DNA of 64,000 nt, taken from positions 448,001 to 512,000 of the forward strand of contig CAVXPZ010000003.1 in the NCBI GenBank assembly GCA_963763775.1. Reading direction: 5' to 3'. Below the pieces are notes generated by a model. It worked only from the letters and a program-made list of their open reading frames with translations, made no database searches and had not been told where the DNA came from. Shown piece by piece: positions 12,096-23,031 of this stretch. Numbering within the stretch: position 1 is the stretch's first letter; every line of letters begins with the position of its first letter. This DNA comes from an uncultured Chloroflexia bacterium. Its GTDB lineage: Bacteria > Chloroflexota > Limnocylindria > Limnocylindrales > CSP1-4. A program made the position numbers and the translations under genes.

Positions 12096-13316
12096 TCACT
12101 TGTCCACGCCGCCCATGATCGGATCGAGGCTGGCCATGACCGCCATGGTGTCGGCGACGAGGTGGCCGGGCATCATCAGGCCGACCGACTGGAGGTTCAC
12201 GAACGAGGGGTCGTGGATCCGCATCCGGAACGGCTGGTCGGTGCCGTCGCTGATGACGTAGCTGGCGTACTGGCCGCGCGGGCCCTCGATCGCGGCGTAG
12301 GCGCGACCCGGCCGCGGACGCAGCAGGCGCGGCAGCTTGGCCATGACCGGGCCGTCCGGCATCTGGTGGAGGCACTGGTCGATGATCCGCAGGCTCTGCT
12401 TGATCTCGTCCATCCGCAGCAGGTAGCGCGCGAGGCAGTCGCCCTCGGAGCGGGTCGGGATGTCGAATTCGAGCTCCGGGAAGACGCTGTACGGATGCGC
12501 TCGCCGCAGGTCGAACGGCACGCCCGTGGCCCGCAGGTTCGGACCGGTCAGGCACATCCGCAGCGCGGCCGCGGTGTCGATCTGGCCCAGTCCGCGCATC
12601 CGGCGCACGAAGATCTCGTTCTCGTTGAGCAGTGCGTTGCCGGCCTCGATCTGCTCGGTCGCGTGGCTCATCCAGTCGCCGAGGCGGCTCATGAACTCGT
12701 GGTTCAGGTCGCCGTTGACCCCGCCGATGCGGAAGTAGTTGAAGAGCATCCGCTGTCCGGTGAGCGACGCGAGCATGTCGACGATCTCGTCGCGCTCGAT
12801 GAACGACCACAGGACCGGCGTCAGGCCGCCGAGGTCGAGGGCCATCCAGCCGAGGAACAGGGCGTGGCTCGCGATGCGGTTGAGCTCGGTCGAGAGGACC
12901 CGGATGTACTCCGCGCGGCGCGGGACCTGGACGTCGAGCAGCTTCTCGAACGCCATGACGCCGGGCCACTCGCAGAAGAGCGAGCTGATGTACTCGAGCG
13001 GGTCCAGGTAGCAGATGGCCTGGTGGTAGTCCGCGTTCTCGCAGAGCTTCTCGACGCCGCGGTGGAGGTAGCCGAGGACCGGGTCGAGGTCCACGACCTT
13101 CTCGCCGTCGAGCTTGAGGACGACGCGGAGCACGCCATGGGTCGAGGGGTGCTGCGGGCCCATGTTGATGAGCATCTCGCCGTCGCCGAGCGTGTAGAAC
13201 TCGGCCTCGCGCTCCGTGCGCGGCGGGTACGGCGGGACCGGCTCGAAGACGCCGAGCTCGCGCTCGAGCGTGATGCGGGGATCGTCCGCAGAGGGGCGTT
13301 CGGCGGTGACGGGCAT
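12096..13316 (-). CDS. nuoD: NADH-quinone oxidoreductase subunit D
   Basis: NMGPQHPSTHGVLR, GYLHRGVEK, EGPRG, ASLDPIMGGVDK; no NiFe-binding CxxC pairs. Confidence 0.96.
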   Translation of the reverse strand: MPVTAERPSADDPRITLERELGVFEPVPPYPPRTEREAEFYTLGDGEMLINMGPQHPSTHGVLRVVLKLDGEKVVDLDPVLGYLHRGVEKLCENADYHQAICYLDPLEYISSLFCEWPGVMAFEKLLDVQVPRRAEYIRVLSTELNRIASHALFLGWMALDLGGLTPVLWSFIERDEIVDMLASLTGQRMLFNYFRIGGVNGDLNHEFMSRLGDWMSHATEQIEAGNALLNENEIFVRRMRGLGQIDTAAALRMCLTGPNLRATGVPFDLRRAHPYSVFPELEFDIPTRSEGDCLARYLLRMDEIKQSLRIIDQCLHQMPDGPVMAKLPRLLRPRPGRAYAAIEGPRGQYASYVISDGTDQPFRMRIHDPSFVNLQSVGLMMPGHLVADTMAVMASLDPIMGGVDK

Positions 13317-13331
13317 GGGATCTGGCCTCGG

Positions 13332-13880
13332 CTAGCCGGTCCCGCGCCGCACGAGCGACGCGGCCGGCGCGTTTCGGGGAGTGTGGGTGCGTTCCATCGG
13401 TCGGACGCCCCCGCCAGGGGAGCGGGCCGCGTCGTCGGCGAGGTAGAAGTCCTTGCGGAGCGGGAAGCTCTGATAGTCCGGCGGCATGTAGATGCGGCGC
13501 AGGTCTCGGTTGCCCTCGAACGTGATGCCGAACATGTCGTAGGCCTCGCGCTCCTGCCACTCCGCGCCCTTCCAGAGGAAGGTGGCGGACGGGACGCGCG
13601 GATCGTCGCGGGACAGGCCGTCGGCGACGACGCGGAGCCAGTCCGATGTGGTGTCGCTCCAGAGGTGGTAGACGACCTGCATCACCTCGCCCGTGTCCAC
13701 GCCGCACAGGTCTGCGAGGAACTCGAAGCGGAACTCGGGCTCGTCGTGGAGGGCGCTCAGCACGGCGACCACGTCGCCCGCACCGATGCGGATCTCCGTC
13801 TCGTCGTGGCGCTGGCGGATGGGGCCGGTCAGCTGGTCCGCGAATCGCGCGGCCAGGCGGGCCTTGAAGCGTCGATCCAC
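13332..13880 (-). CDS. nuoC: NADH-quinone oxidoreductase subunit C
   Basis: FLADLCGVD, AEWQEREAYDMFGITFEGN, FPLRKDF; GTG start at 13880. Confidence 0.94.
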   Translation of the reverse strand: MDRRFKARLAARFADQLTGPIRQRHDETEIRIGAGDVVAVLSALHDEPEFRFEFLADLCGVDTGEVMQVVYHLWSDTTSDWLRVVADGLSRDDPRVPSATFLWKGAEWQEREAYDMFGITFEGNRDLRRIYMPPDYQSFPLRKDFYLADDAARSPGGGVRPMERTHTPRNAPAASLVRRGTG

Positions 13881-13882
13881 GC

Positions 13883-14626
13883 CTAGACGTCCTCGGGGAC
13901 GGTGGGCCCGATGGCCCGGTCCGGCCAATGGCCGCGACGCTCCTTGACGAGCTGCTGGAGCTTCATCATCCCGTAGATCAGGCCCTCGGGCCGCGGCGGA
14001 CAGCCGGGGATGTAGACGTCCACCGGCATGACGCGGTCGATCCCCTCGACCGTGGAATAGCTCCGCTTGTACCGGCCGCCCGAGCAGGTGCAGTCACCCA
14101 TCGCCACGCACCACTTCGGTTCGGGCATCTGCTCCCAGAGGCGGACCAGCGGCCCGGCCATCTTCGTCGTCAGGGTGCCCGCGACGATCAGCACGTCCGC
14201 CTGTCGCGGGCTGGCTCGGAACGGGAACATGCCCCAGCGGTCCATGTCGTTCTTCGACGTCGCGGTCGACATCATCTCGATGGCGCAGCACGCGAGACCG
14301 GACAACAGCGGCCACAGGCTGTTCATGCGGATCAGGTCCAGGACGTAGTCCGCCTTCGTCGGGATCACCTCGAGCACGCCGCTCCAGCGGGCGTCGTCGC
14401 GGCGGCCGGCGCCGCTCAGCTCGTACTCGCGGAGGTGCGTGATGTCGCTCTCGCGACCGCCCTCGTACGCGGCCGGGTCGGCGGCCTGCCACAGCGTGTT
14501 CGGGACGACGATCGGCGCGAGGACGGCGCGGCGGCCGTCGGCCGTCGTCATGGCCGACTCGGCGGCCGTCGTGTCATCGGCCGGGGGCGTGGCCGGGGGT
14601 GCGGGCGGTTCCGGGGTCATCGCCAT
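13883..14626 (-). CDS. nuoB: NADH-quinone oxidoreductase subunit B
   Basis: [46 protein letters not shown]; start at 14626 or 14620. Confidence 0.96.
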   Translation of the reverse strand: MAMTPEPPAPPATPPADDTTAAESAMTTADGRRAVLAPIVVPNTLWQAADPAAYEGGRESDITHLREYELSGAGRRDDARWSGVLEVIPTKADYVLDLIRMNSLWPLLSGLACCAIEMMSTATSKNDMDRWGMFPFRASPRQADVLIVAGTLTTKMAGPLVRLWEQMPEPKWCVAMGDCTCSGGRYKRSYSTVEGIDRVMPVDVYIPGCPPRPEGLIYGMMKLQQLVKERRGHWPDRAIGPTVPEDV

Positions 14627-14985
14627 GAGAGGGCGCCCTTCCGCCAGGCATAGGCCAGCCCGAGCAGGAGGATGGCGACGAAGATGACCATGCTGATCAG
14701 CCCGGTGTTGATGAGCTCCAACGGCAGCGTGCTGAAGTTGATGGCCCACAGGTAGATGAAGACGACCTCGATGTCGAACGCCACGAACAGCAGCGCGTAG
14801 ATGTAGAACGACAGGCCGAACCGGCCGTGGGTGTCCCCATAGGTGTCGATGCCCGATTCGTAGGGAAGGCCCTTGTGCTCGTCACCGCGGTTGCGGTGCG
14901 ACACGATCCAGGCGGCGCCGATCGTCAGGAAGACGAAGGACACGCCCGCGAAGGCGAAGCCCACGATGTACCAGATGCCGGTCAA
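14617..14985 (-). CDS. nuoA: NADH-quinone oxidoreductase subunit A
   Basis: [38 protein letters not shown]. Confidence 0.95.
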   Translation of the reverse strand: MTGIWYIVGFAFAGVSFVFLTIGAAWIVSHRNRGDEHKGLPYESGIDTYGDTHGRFGLSFYIYALLFVAFDIEVVFIYLWAINFSTLPLELINTGLISMVIFVAILLLGLAYAWRKGALSWR

Positions 14986-15087
14986 CCGAACTCCCTTCGA
15001 GCGACGGCCGGGGCTGGCGTCGCTGGCTGGAGACCCCTGAGCAAGCGGGCAGGCGCACCCACACGAGGCGCACCGGCGCCCATCGGC

Positions 15088-15096
15088 ATTCTAGCA
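15088..15096 (-). promoter_or_regulatory. Putative extended -10 promoter of the nuo operon
   Basis: Minus strand TGcTAGAAT about 100 nt upstream of nuoA. Confidence 0.55.
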
Positions 15097-15230
15097 GCGG
15101 GAGCCCGCGTGACGCCGGGGTCGAACGGGGGCACTGACGGTCGCCGAGCGGTGCCGGCGGGCGCGGTCCGGCTGGGTCCGACGGCGTCGCCGTCGATGGG
15201 GTCGGGTGGTCGGCAGTGGGGCCTGAGCGT

Positions 15231-15281
15231 CGGGGAGCGGCGCGCGCCGAGCGCGCGTGCAGGTTCGCGCGCCGCTCCCCG
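15231..15281. repeat. 16-bp perfect inverted repeat (hairpin; terminator-like or part of an RNA)
   Basis: CGGGGAGCGGCGCGCG (15231-15246) / CGCGCGCCGCTCCCCG (15266-15281). Confidence 0.7.
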
Positions 15282-15600
15282 TCAGGTCGTGCCCGACCGA
15301 GACGCAGCGTGCGCGTCGGCCGAGATTCGGAGCAATAGGTAGATCGCCCTAGTCGGGAGCGGTCCGGGGCGCTTCGGGGCCGTTTGGACGGGCGAGGCCT
15401 CCCGGGCGGATGCCCGAGCACCGTCCCCGGTCGACCTGGGACTGCCAGGACCGCATCCCGGACGTGCGAGCGTGGTCCCGACCTTGGAACGACGTGATCT
15501 TGTCGATCCACCGGACTTCCACGAGGGACGCGTCGCGGGAAGGCGACTGCCAGTACCGTCCCGGTCGGACCGTGGAACGGCGCGGACCTCGCGGGCCCGC

Positions 15601-16800
15601 CTACCCGCGGTCTGGCATCCGATACGCGAAGGCGCGGAGCGGAGGACCATCCGGCCACCCTCGCCCGAAGCCCATCACCCGGAACCGCCCCATGGCTGCC
15701 GGGTCCAGCAACCGCATCAACGAGGACCGGACGACGAGGTACTCCTCGAGCGAGGTGGACGGGTCGGCCTGGATCTCGCGGAGCCGGTCCTGGATCCCCA
15801 GGCCGACCAGCGCCTCGGCCTGGGTCGTCACGCCGATCGTCGAGAGCCCGGCCGTCCTCGCGGCGCGCTCCACCGCCGTCACGTCGACGTGTGCGGTGAG
15901 GTCCTGTCGCCCGACGTGCCGGTACGGGTCGTCGTGCACCTGGTGGCGGACGTACGCGCGCAATGTGCCGTCACGCCGGCGGACCGGGTCGTACAGCTGC
16001 GCCCCCGGAGCCCCGTAGTCGATCAAGAGCAGCAGGCCGCGGGCCAGATCAGCCGTCGCGTGGGCGACCCAGGCATCGAGTTCCAGGCAGATCTCGGCGG
16101 TCTGGCCGTCGGCGAGCACGACACCGTCATCTGCCAGCCGCGCCGCGAGCGCCGGGGTCGTCGGGTCGGTCTCGGTCTCCACGAACCGCCCGTCCGCGAC
16201 GACGTCGACCGCGATCTCCCGAAGCGCGCCGCCGCGCTGTCGGACGCGGTGGACCGGCAACGCATCGAGCACCTCGTTGGCGATGACGATGCCGCTGAAC
16301 GGCGTCCCGGGCGCCTCGGCCGGCGTGACGTCGGCCTCCGCGAGCCCGGCGTCGGCCAGCCGGGACGCCAGGGCGTCGGTGGCGCGCCCCGCCGTCTCGA
16401 CCAGCTGGTACCGCACGCGCCCGTCGAGCCGCGTCCCGCGCGATGCGCCCAGCAGGGACGCGGCGAGGGTCCCCGTCCCGGGTCCGATCTCGCGGACCGT
16501 CATCGAGTCCGGCTCGCCCAGGCGTTCCCACACGTCCAGGACCAGATCCGACAGCGTCGCACCGAAGATCGGATGCAGCTCGGGCGCCGTGATGAAATCC
16601 CCGGTCCGACCGGGGCGCCCCTCGTTCGTGACGTAGTAGCCACCCGCCGGGTCGTACAGGCAGAGCCACATGAACCGCGCGAATGGCATCGGGCCGCCCC
16701 GGCGGATCTCGTCGCGGATCCGTTCCGCGAGGTCCGGATCCTCGCCGACATCGGTGAGGTCGGTCGGCGGCTCGCGTCGGAGATCCGGCGTCAGGTCCAC
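15601..16800 (-). CDS. MidA/NDUFAF7-family SAM-dependent methyltransferase
   Basis: FARFMWLCLYDPAGGYY, GDFITAPELHPIFG, EIGPGTGTLA, ANEVLDALP, IDYG, QDLTAHVD. Confidence 0.9.
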   Translation of the reverse strand: MDLTPDLRREPPTDLTDVGEDPDLAERIRDEIRRGGPMPFARFMWLCLYDPAGGYYVTNEGRPGRTGDFITAPELHPIFGATLSDLVLDVWERLGEPDSMTVREIGPGTGTLAASLLGASRGTRLDGRVRYQLVETAGRATDALASRLADAGLAEADVTPAEAPGTPFSGIVIANEVLDALPVHRVRQRGGALREIAVDVVADGRFVETETDPTTPALAARLADDGVVLADGQTAEICLELDAWVAHATADLARGLLLLIDYGAPGAQLYDPVRRRDGTLRAYVRHQVHDDPYRHVGRQDLTAHVDVTAVERAARTAGLSTIGVTTQAEALVGLGIQDRLREIQADPSTSLEEYLVVRSSLMRLLDPAAMGRFRVMGFGRGWPDGPPLRAFAYRMPDRG

Positions 16801-16803
16801 GGT

Positions 16804-17833
16804 TCAGGCCCGCATGACGAGCGGGACGCCGGGCCCGACCAGCGTGTGCCCGCCGAGCAGGACCGGGATCCGTGCGCCCGCGGCGGCAGCGGTCAGGTCG
16901 CGGAGCCAGGCGTCCTCGATGCGCTCGGGGAGCAGCAAGTCCGACGCGAAGCGGTCCTCGGCCGACGGCCAGGCGTCCTCGCCGCGCCCCGAGCCGATGC
17001 GCGAGCAGGACTCGCGAGTCGACAAGGGCCGCGTCGGCGAGCCCGGCCAGCAGGTCGCCCAGGGCGCCCGGACCGTCCCGCTCCAGGAGGGCGCCGAGCA
17101 CCGACGACGGCGCCCGCTGCCCCGTCCGGGTCGTCCGCAGGCCTCGCTCCTCCACGAGCGCCCGCGTCCGGGAGGCGGTCCGCCGCTCGAGCCACGCCAG
17201 GGTCGCGGCAGACGTCCGCCCGGCGACGAGGAGTTCCGCGCTCGGATCCGCAGCCACCCGCCGGATCGCCCGGATCCGCTCCACGACGAGCGCGTCCGTG
17301 GACGGATCGATCGCCCCGGTGAGCACGAGGTCGAGCGGACCGTCGAGGTCCACGGCGAGCCGACGTCGTCGGCGAAGGTCGGTGACGGCGTAGCCGGCGA
17401 CCTCCTCGAGCCAGCGAGGCACCGCGTTGTCGCCGGGGAGGTCCGGGACATCTCCCAGCCCGTCCGAGGCGGACGACACGGCGATGACATCCGCGGAATA
17501 GCGATTGTTCGCGAGGGCCTGTCGGCCGTCGGCGCCGGCGGCCGCGACGAACGCGATGCGGTCATGGCGCGTCGCGAGCGGGATCGCCCCGGACCCCAGC
17601 AGCACGAGCCCCCCCGGCGGCCGCTCCGACCGGACGAGGTCGCGGAGCCGCCGCCCGAACGGTGTATCGTCGGGCGGCCCGGACACGACTGCGACGTCAG
17701 CGGCGCCAGCGGCGAGGAACCCCACGCGGTGGCGTTCGGCCAGCGCCGCCCGAGCGGCCCCGAGCCGTCGGGTCAGCGGGCCGGCCGCGGCGTCGGGGGC
17801 CGGATGGAAGATGCGGACAGCGACCGGTCGCAT
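16804..17833 (-). CDS. Hypothetical protein, possibly CofC/MobA-like nucleotidyltransferase fold (frameshift near 16985)
   Basis: N-part in ORF 16127..17833 (GSGAIPL, NNRYSAD, DLDGPLDL, EERG); C-part in ORF 16804..17565 (EDRFASDLL...LGGHTLVGPG). Confidence 0.6.
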
Positions 17834-17869
17834 CGCGCGAGTCTATCGGTCGTCGATGGGAGGGAGCCT

Positions 17870-18496
17870 GTGTCCGGCCGGCGGGTGCGCGCCTACATCG
17901 GCCTCGGGGCGAACGTCGGCGACGCGGCCGCGACCCTGGCGGCGGCGGTCCAGGCCATCGATGCCGCGCCCGGCGTCCACCTCCGCGACGTGTCGCGGCT
18001 CTACGCGACCGCGCCGGTCGGCGTCGCCGATCAGGCCGAGTTCCACAACGCCGTCGTCGCGGTCGACGTCCTCGCCGGCCCGGACCCGGCCACCGGGGCG
18101 ATCTCGCTCCTGGCCGTCCTCAAGGATCTCGAGCGGCAGGCCGGCCGGCAGGTCCGCGAGCGATGGGGCCCGCGCGAGCTCGATCTCGACCTGCTCGTCT
18201 TCGGGCGCGCCCGGCTGGCGGTCGAGCGGCCGGCGGCGGCCCGCTCGCTCGATGCCGATGCCGACCCGCGAAAGGCCGCGAAGTTGCTCGAGGTGCCCCA
18301 TCGGGAGGCACGCGAGCGGCTCTTCGTCCTGGCACCGATGGCCGACCTCGCGCCCACGCTCGTGCCGCCGGGCTGGGGCGAGACCGTGGCGACCGCCCGG
18401 CGCCGGCGTCTCGGGGTGGAGGGGCCCGATGCCGCGCGGCCCATCGGCACGTGGGACCGCGCGCTCCATCGGTGGAGCCCGATCGAGCCGGACTAG
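17870..18496 (+). CDS. folK: 2-amino-4-hydroxy-6-hydroxymethyldihydropteridine diphosphokinase
   Basis: AYIGLGANVGD, SRLYATAPVG..QAEFHNAV, RWGPRELDLDLL, PH...RLFVLAP. Confidence 0.92.
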   Translation: MSGRRVRAYIGLGANVGDAAATLAAAVQAIDAAPGVHLRDVSRLYATAPVGVADQAEFHNAVVAVDVLAGPDPATGAISLLAVLKDLERQAGRQVRERWGPRELDLDLLVFGRARLAVERPAAARSLDADADPRKAAKLLEVPHREARERLFVLAPMADLAPTLVPPGWGETVATARRRRLGVEGPDAARPIGTWDRALHRWSPIEPD

Positions 18497-19221
18497 CCGA
18501 CGGCGCCGAGGTATCGCGTCTCGAGCTCGGTCTCGACCGCCCGCCCGTCCGGGTCGCGCACGACGCGGTAGGCGCGAGCCTCGGGTCGGGACGCGACCAC
18601 GGCGTGCAACTCGGCGTCGCGGAAGACGAGCGCGGCGCCGTCGTCCGCCGCGTACCCGTCGGGCAGGCGGCCCTCGGCGATCAGCCGCTGATACAGCGGA
18701 CGGCGTCCGGGCTCGCCGTCGTAGTGCGGGCAGTGGCTGCCGGCGACGAAGCCGAGCCCGTCCTCGATCGGCGCGAGCACCGGCCCGAACGAATCGGTCG
18801 TCCCGCCCTCGAACCAGCACAGGGAGCCGGCGGACAGCCCGGCCATCACGACCCCGGCCTCCCACGCGCGCCGGAGCGCGCGATCCACGCCGTGGATCCG
18901 CCAGACCGCCAGCATGTTCGCGGTGTTCCCGCCGCCGACGTAGACGACGTCCTGTCCGAGGAGGAACGCCTCGATGTCGTCGACGGTCCGCGAGAACAGC
19001 GCCAGGTGCGAGGCGTCCGCACGCTCGTCGAAGGCGTCATGGAAGCCGGCGATGTAGGCCTCGGCGTCGCCGCTCGCGGTCCCGATGAAGCAGACGCGCG
19101 GCCGCTCGACGCCGCGGGTGCGGCGGGCCAGGTCGAGCAGCGCGTCGTCCAGGAGCGGGTTCTCGGGCTCCATCGAGAACCCGCCGCCGCCCATGGCGAC
19201 GACCCAGCGTGGCGGTGTCAT
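18493..19221 (-). CDS. Peptidase E (S51) family protein
   Basis: [18 protein letters not shown] nucleophile elbow, CPHYD. Confidence 0.88.
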   Translation of the reverse strand: MTPPRWVVAMGGGGFSMEPENPLLDDALLDLARRTRGVERPRVCFIGTASGDAEAYIAGFHDAFDERADASHLALFSRTVDDIEAFLLGQDVVYVGGGNTANMLAVWRIHGVDRALRRAWEAGVVMAGLSAGSLCWFEGGTTDSFGPVLAPIEDGLGFVAGSHCPHYDGEPGRRPLYQRLIAEGRLPDGYAADDGAALVFRDAELHAVVASRPEARAYRVVRDPDGRAVETELETRYLGAVG

Positions 19222-19278
19222 CCGCCGATGCTACCCTCAGGGCTGACCTACCACGTGCCCGCTCCGGAGACCCAGCGA

Positions 19279-20269
19279 ATGACCAAGATCGGTTACGCCG
19301 CGATGCTCGAGCAGTTCCACCCGACCGACCTGCTCGACTGGTGTGCGGCGGCGGAGGACGCCGGCTTCGAGGCCGGGTTCATGGTGAGCGAGCACTTCCA
19401 CCCGTGGACGCCGCAGCAGGGCCAGAGCGCGTTCGCGTGGTCGTTCATGGGCGCGTTGGGGACGCGGACGTCGCTCCCGTTCGGCACCGGCGTGACCTGC
19501 CCGGGCTTCCGCTACCACCCGGTCGTGATCGCCCATGCGGCGGCCACCCTCGGGGCGATGTACCCGGGACGGTTCTGGCTCGGCCTCGGTGCCGGCGAGG
19601 CGCTCAACGAGCACGTCATCGGCGGCGTCTGGCCGGAGGTCGGCGTCCGGAGCTCGATGATGTTCGAGTCGATCGAGATCATCAACAAGCTCTTCACCGG
19701 CAATGTCGTGCGCCATCGAGGGGAGCACTTCACCGTCGAGAGCGCGAAGCTCTACACGCGACCCGAGCAGCCGGTGCCGATCTACGTCGCGACGGCGGGA
19801 CCGGTCAACGCCAAGCGGACCGGGAAGTTCGCCGACGGCATGATCACCGTCGGCGCGGCCGACGAGAAGATCGGGATGCTGTGGGAGAAGTTCGACGAAG
19901 GCGCGCGCGAGGTCGGCAAGGACCCGGCCGGCGCCCCCAAGATCCTGCAGATCCACCTGTCGTGGGCGCCGGACCGACGAGGAGGCGATGGACAACGCCC
20001 TCCGCGAGTGGCCGAACGGCGGCATGGCGTTCCCCAAGCAGGACATCCGGAACCCCGAGGACTTCGCGGCGATGGCGAAGCTCGTGCGACCCGAGCACTA
20101 CACCAACCGATGCGAGGTCGCGTCGGACCTGGCCCGGCAGACCGAGAACATCCAGCACTACGTGGACATGGGGTTCGACGAGATCCATCTCCACAACGTG
20201 GGGCGCAACCAGGCCGAGTTCATCGAGGTCTTCGGCCGAGAGGTCCTGCCGAACCTCAAGCTGGGCTGA
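19279..20269 (+). CDS. F420-dependent LLM-class oxidoreductase, G6PDH-F420-like (frameshift near 19970)
   Basis: [41 protein letters not shown]; C-terminus in ORF 19988..20269. Confidence 0.88.
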
Positions 20270-20306
20270 CGCGGCGCTCGGTGGACGCGTCGGCGTCGGC
20301 CTGGCC

Positions 20307-21287
20307 CTAGAGGCGGACGCGCGGCGGCGACTCGCGGTCGAACATGTGGACGGTGTCCACGAACCGGACCTGCTTGGTCTGGTACGCCATCACCAGCGAA
20401 TGGGTGCGGGCCCCACCACCGAAGAACCGCACGCCCTGCAGCAGGTCGCCGGCCGTGACCCCGGTCGCGGCGAAGACCAGGTTCTCGCCCGGCGCGAGGT
20501 CCTCGGTGCGGTACACGCGGCTCTCGTCGCCGTGGCCCATGCGCGCCCCGCGCGCCCGCTCGTCGTCGCTCCGGTAGCGGAAGCGCGCCTGGATCTCCCC
20601 GCCGAGGCAGCGCATCGCGGCGGCGGTGATGACGCCCTCGGGCGCACCGCCCACGCCCATGACCGCGTGCACGCCGGTGCCCGACACCGCGGTCGAGATC
20701 GCCGCCGACAGGTCCCCGTCGCCGATGAGCTTGATCCGGGCGCCGGCCTCGCGGACCTCGGCGATCAGGTCGTCGTGGCGCGGCCGCTCGAGGATCACGA
20801 CGGTGATGTCGCGGACCCGGCGGCCGAGCGCCTCGGCGATGCGCCGCAGGTTCTCGGTGGGGCTCTCGCGGATGTCGACCTTGCCCGCGACGCCCGGGCC
20901 GACGCACAGCTTCTCCATGTAGGTGTCGGGCGCGTGGGTCAGGCCGCCGGTCTCGGATGCGGCGAGGACCGTGATCGCCCCGGCCTGGCCGTGCGCGACG
21001 AGGTTGGTGCCCTCGAGCGGGTCCACGGCGATGTCGACGCGCGGTGCGGTCGGGTCCTTGTGGGCTCGCCCGACCTCCTCGCCGATGTAGAGCATCGGGG
21101 CCTCGTCGCGCTCGCCCTCACCGATGACGATCCGCCCGGCGAAGTCGATCTCGTCCATCGTCTGGCGCATGGCCTCGGTCGCGAGCTGGTCGGCGCCGTG
21201 CCGGTCGCCGCGGCCCATCGCCCGCGCCGATGCGATGGCCGCCTCTTCGGTGACCCGCACCATCTCGAGCGCGAGAAGCTGTTCCAC
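20307..21287 (-). CDS. glpX: Class II fructose-1,6-bisphosphatase
   Basis: [34 protein letters not shown]. Confidence 0.96.
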   Translation of the reverse strand: MEQLLALEMVRVTEEAAIASARAMGRGDRHGADQLATEAMRQTMDEIDFAGRIVIGEGERDEAPMLYIGEEVGRAHKDPTAPRVDIAVDPLEGTNLVAHGQAGAITVLAASETGGLTHAPDTYMEKLCVGPGVAGKVDIRESPTENLRRIAEALGRRVRDITVVILERPRHDDLIAEVREAGARIKLIGDGDLSAAISTAVSGTGVHAVMGVGGAPEGVITAAAMRCLGGEIQARFRYRSDDERARGARMGHGDESRVYRTEDLAPGENLVFAATGVTAGDLLQGVRFFGGGARTHSLVMAYQTKQVRFVDTVHMFDRESPPRVRL

Positions 21288-21322
21288 GATCGCGTCCCCC
21301 TGCCGTGGACCGGATCAGCCGG

Positions 21323-22870
21323 TCAGTGTCGGAAGTGCCGTCGTCCGGTGAAGACCATCGCCATGTGGTGCCGGTCGGCGACTTCGATCGCCATCTCGTC
21401 GCGGATCGAGCCGCCCGGCTGGATGATCGCCGTCACGCCGGCGTTCGCCGCCGCCTGGATCCCGTCCGGGAAGGGGAAGTAGGCGTCGGAGGCCATCACC
21501 GCGAGCTTGGCCCGGTCGCCGGCGCGTCGGAGGGCGATCTCGACCGAGACCTGCCGTGAGGCCTGCGCGGCGCCGATGCCGACCGTCGCGCCGTTTCGCG
21601 CGAGGACGATCGCGTTCGAGCGGACGTGGCGGACGGCTCGCCACGCGAACAGCAGGTCGGTCAGCTCCTCGAGCGTCGGCCGGCGTCGCGTCACGACCTG
21701 CAGTCGCCCGCGGTCGAGCCCGAGGTCGTCGAGCGTCTCGACGAGCAGCCCGCCGGCGACCCGCTTGAAGTCGAGGCTGGCGATGCCGTAGTCGCGCATG
21801 CCCTCGATCGGGTCCGCCGGGACCGCGAGCAGCTCGATGTTGGTCTTCTCCTTGAGCATCCCCAGCGCGGACTGGCTGAACCCTGGAGCGACGACGGCCT
21901 CGTACGAGTTGGCCGCGATCTCGCGCGCCGTCGCGCCATCGAGCTCGCGGTTGACGGCCACGATCCCGCCGAACGACGCCACCGGGTCCGTCTCGAGCGC
22001 GTGCCGGTACGCCTCGACCAGTTCGTCGTGCGAGGCGATCCCGACCGGGTCGGTGTGCTTGACGATCGCGACCGTCGGCCCGGTGTAGTCGCGCGCGATC
22101 CGGTACGCCGCGTCGAGGTCGAGCAGGTTGTTGAACGACGGCCGGTCGCCCTGGATCTGCGTCGCGTCGGCGAGGGTGCCGCTCCGGTGCGTGGTCTCGC
22201 GGTAGAACGCCGCCCGCTGGTGGGGGTTCTCGCCGTAGCGCAGGTCGTCCACCTTCTCGAGGACCATCGCCAGCCGCCGCGGGAACGTGTTCCCGGTGAT
22301 CTGATTGAGATACGCGGCGATCTCGGCGTGATAGGCCGCGACCATGCTGAATGCCTCGGCCGCCAGGCTGGCCCGGGTCTCGGCGCTCACGTGCCCGCGC
22401 TCGCGGATCTCGTTCACGATCCGGTCGTACTGGGACGGATCGGACGCCGCCGCGACGCCCGCGGAGTTGCGCGCCGCCGCACCGAGGAGGGCCGCGCCGC
22501 CGACGTCGATCATCTCGATGGCCTCGTCGAGACCCATGAGCTTGACGCCGACCGCGGGCGCGAACGGCTTCACGTTCACGATGACCAGGTCGATCGGGAT
22601 GATCCCCTGGGCTTCGAGCTCGGCCATCTGGCCGGCGACGTCGCGGCGGGCGAGGATGCCCGCATAGACCGCGTGATGGAACGTCTTGACCTGGCCGCCG
22701 ACCGTGCTCTGTCCGTCGGTCAGCTCGGCGACCGACGCGACCTCGATGCCGTCGCTGGCGAGGAACTCACGGGTGCCATCGGTCGCGAAGATCTCGACGT
22801 CGAGCGCACGCAACTCGCGCGCCAGCCCGGAGATCCCCTCGCGGTTCGCGACTGACAGCAGGGCTCGCAC
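21323..22870 (-). CDS. purH: Bifunctional AICAR formyltransferase/IMP cyclohydrolase
   Basis: [47 protein letters not shown]. Confidence 0.95.
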   Translation of the reverse strand: MRALLSVANREGISGLARELRALDVEIFATDGTREFLASDGIEVASVAELTDGQSTVGGQVKTFHHAVYAGILARRDVAGQMAELEAQGIIPIDLVIVNVKPFAPAVGVKLMGLDEAIEMIDVGGAALLGAAARNSAGVAAASDPSQYDRIVNEIRERGHVSAETRASLAAEAFSMVAAYHAEIAAYLNQITGNTFPRRLAMVLEKVDDLRYGENPHQRAAFYRETTHRSGTLADATQIQGDRPSFNNLLDLDAAYRIARDYTGPTVAIVKHTDPVGIASHDELVEAYRHALETDPVASFGGIVAVNRELDGATAREIAANSYEAVVAPGFSQSALGMLKEKTNIELLAVPADPIEGMRDYGIASLDFKRVAGGLLVETLDDLGLDRGRLQVVTRRRPTLEELTDLLFAWRAVRHVRSNAIVLARNGATVGIGAAQASRQVSVEIALRRAGDRAKLAVMASDAYFPFPDGIQAAANAGVTAIIQPGGSIRDEMAIEVADRHHMAMVFTGRRHFRH

Positions 22871-23031
22871 CCGGGCCTCCTCCCCGTCATGTGGGCCTCG
22901 GCGGCGCGCTCAGGGCTCGCCGCGGGATGGTGCCCCGGGTGGGTCGTGGAGCACCGCACCGCTCGGCCGAGTATAGCGCCCGCCGTGGCATACTCCCGTC
23001 GCTCACCCACAACCTGCGATGAGGTCGGCGC

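Noticed and set aside
12096-14626. Group 4 [NiFe]-hydrogenase interpretation
   Set aside because: The large subunit lacks both Ni-binding CxxC motifs and keeps the quinone-site His/Tyr; NuoB has the tandem CC of complex I.
15490-15560. RNase P RNA-like start (GCAGTCGC...GTGGAAGTCCGG on the minus strand)
   Set aside because: The other universal elements (GTGCCACAGAAA, GGGTGAAA, ACAGAA..CGGCTTA) are absent.
22871-22965. ZTP riboswitch in the purH leader
   Set aside because: The leader has hairpins but lacks GACTGGCG...GTGG...CCAC...GGGAG and GCCTGGGC.
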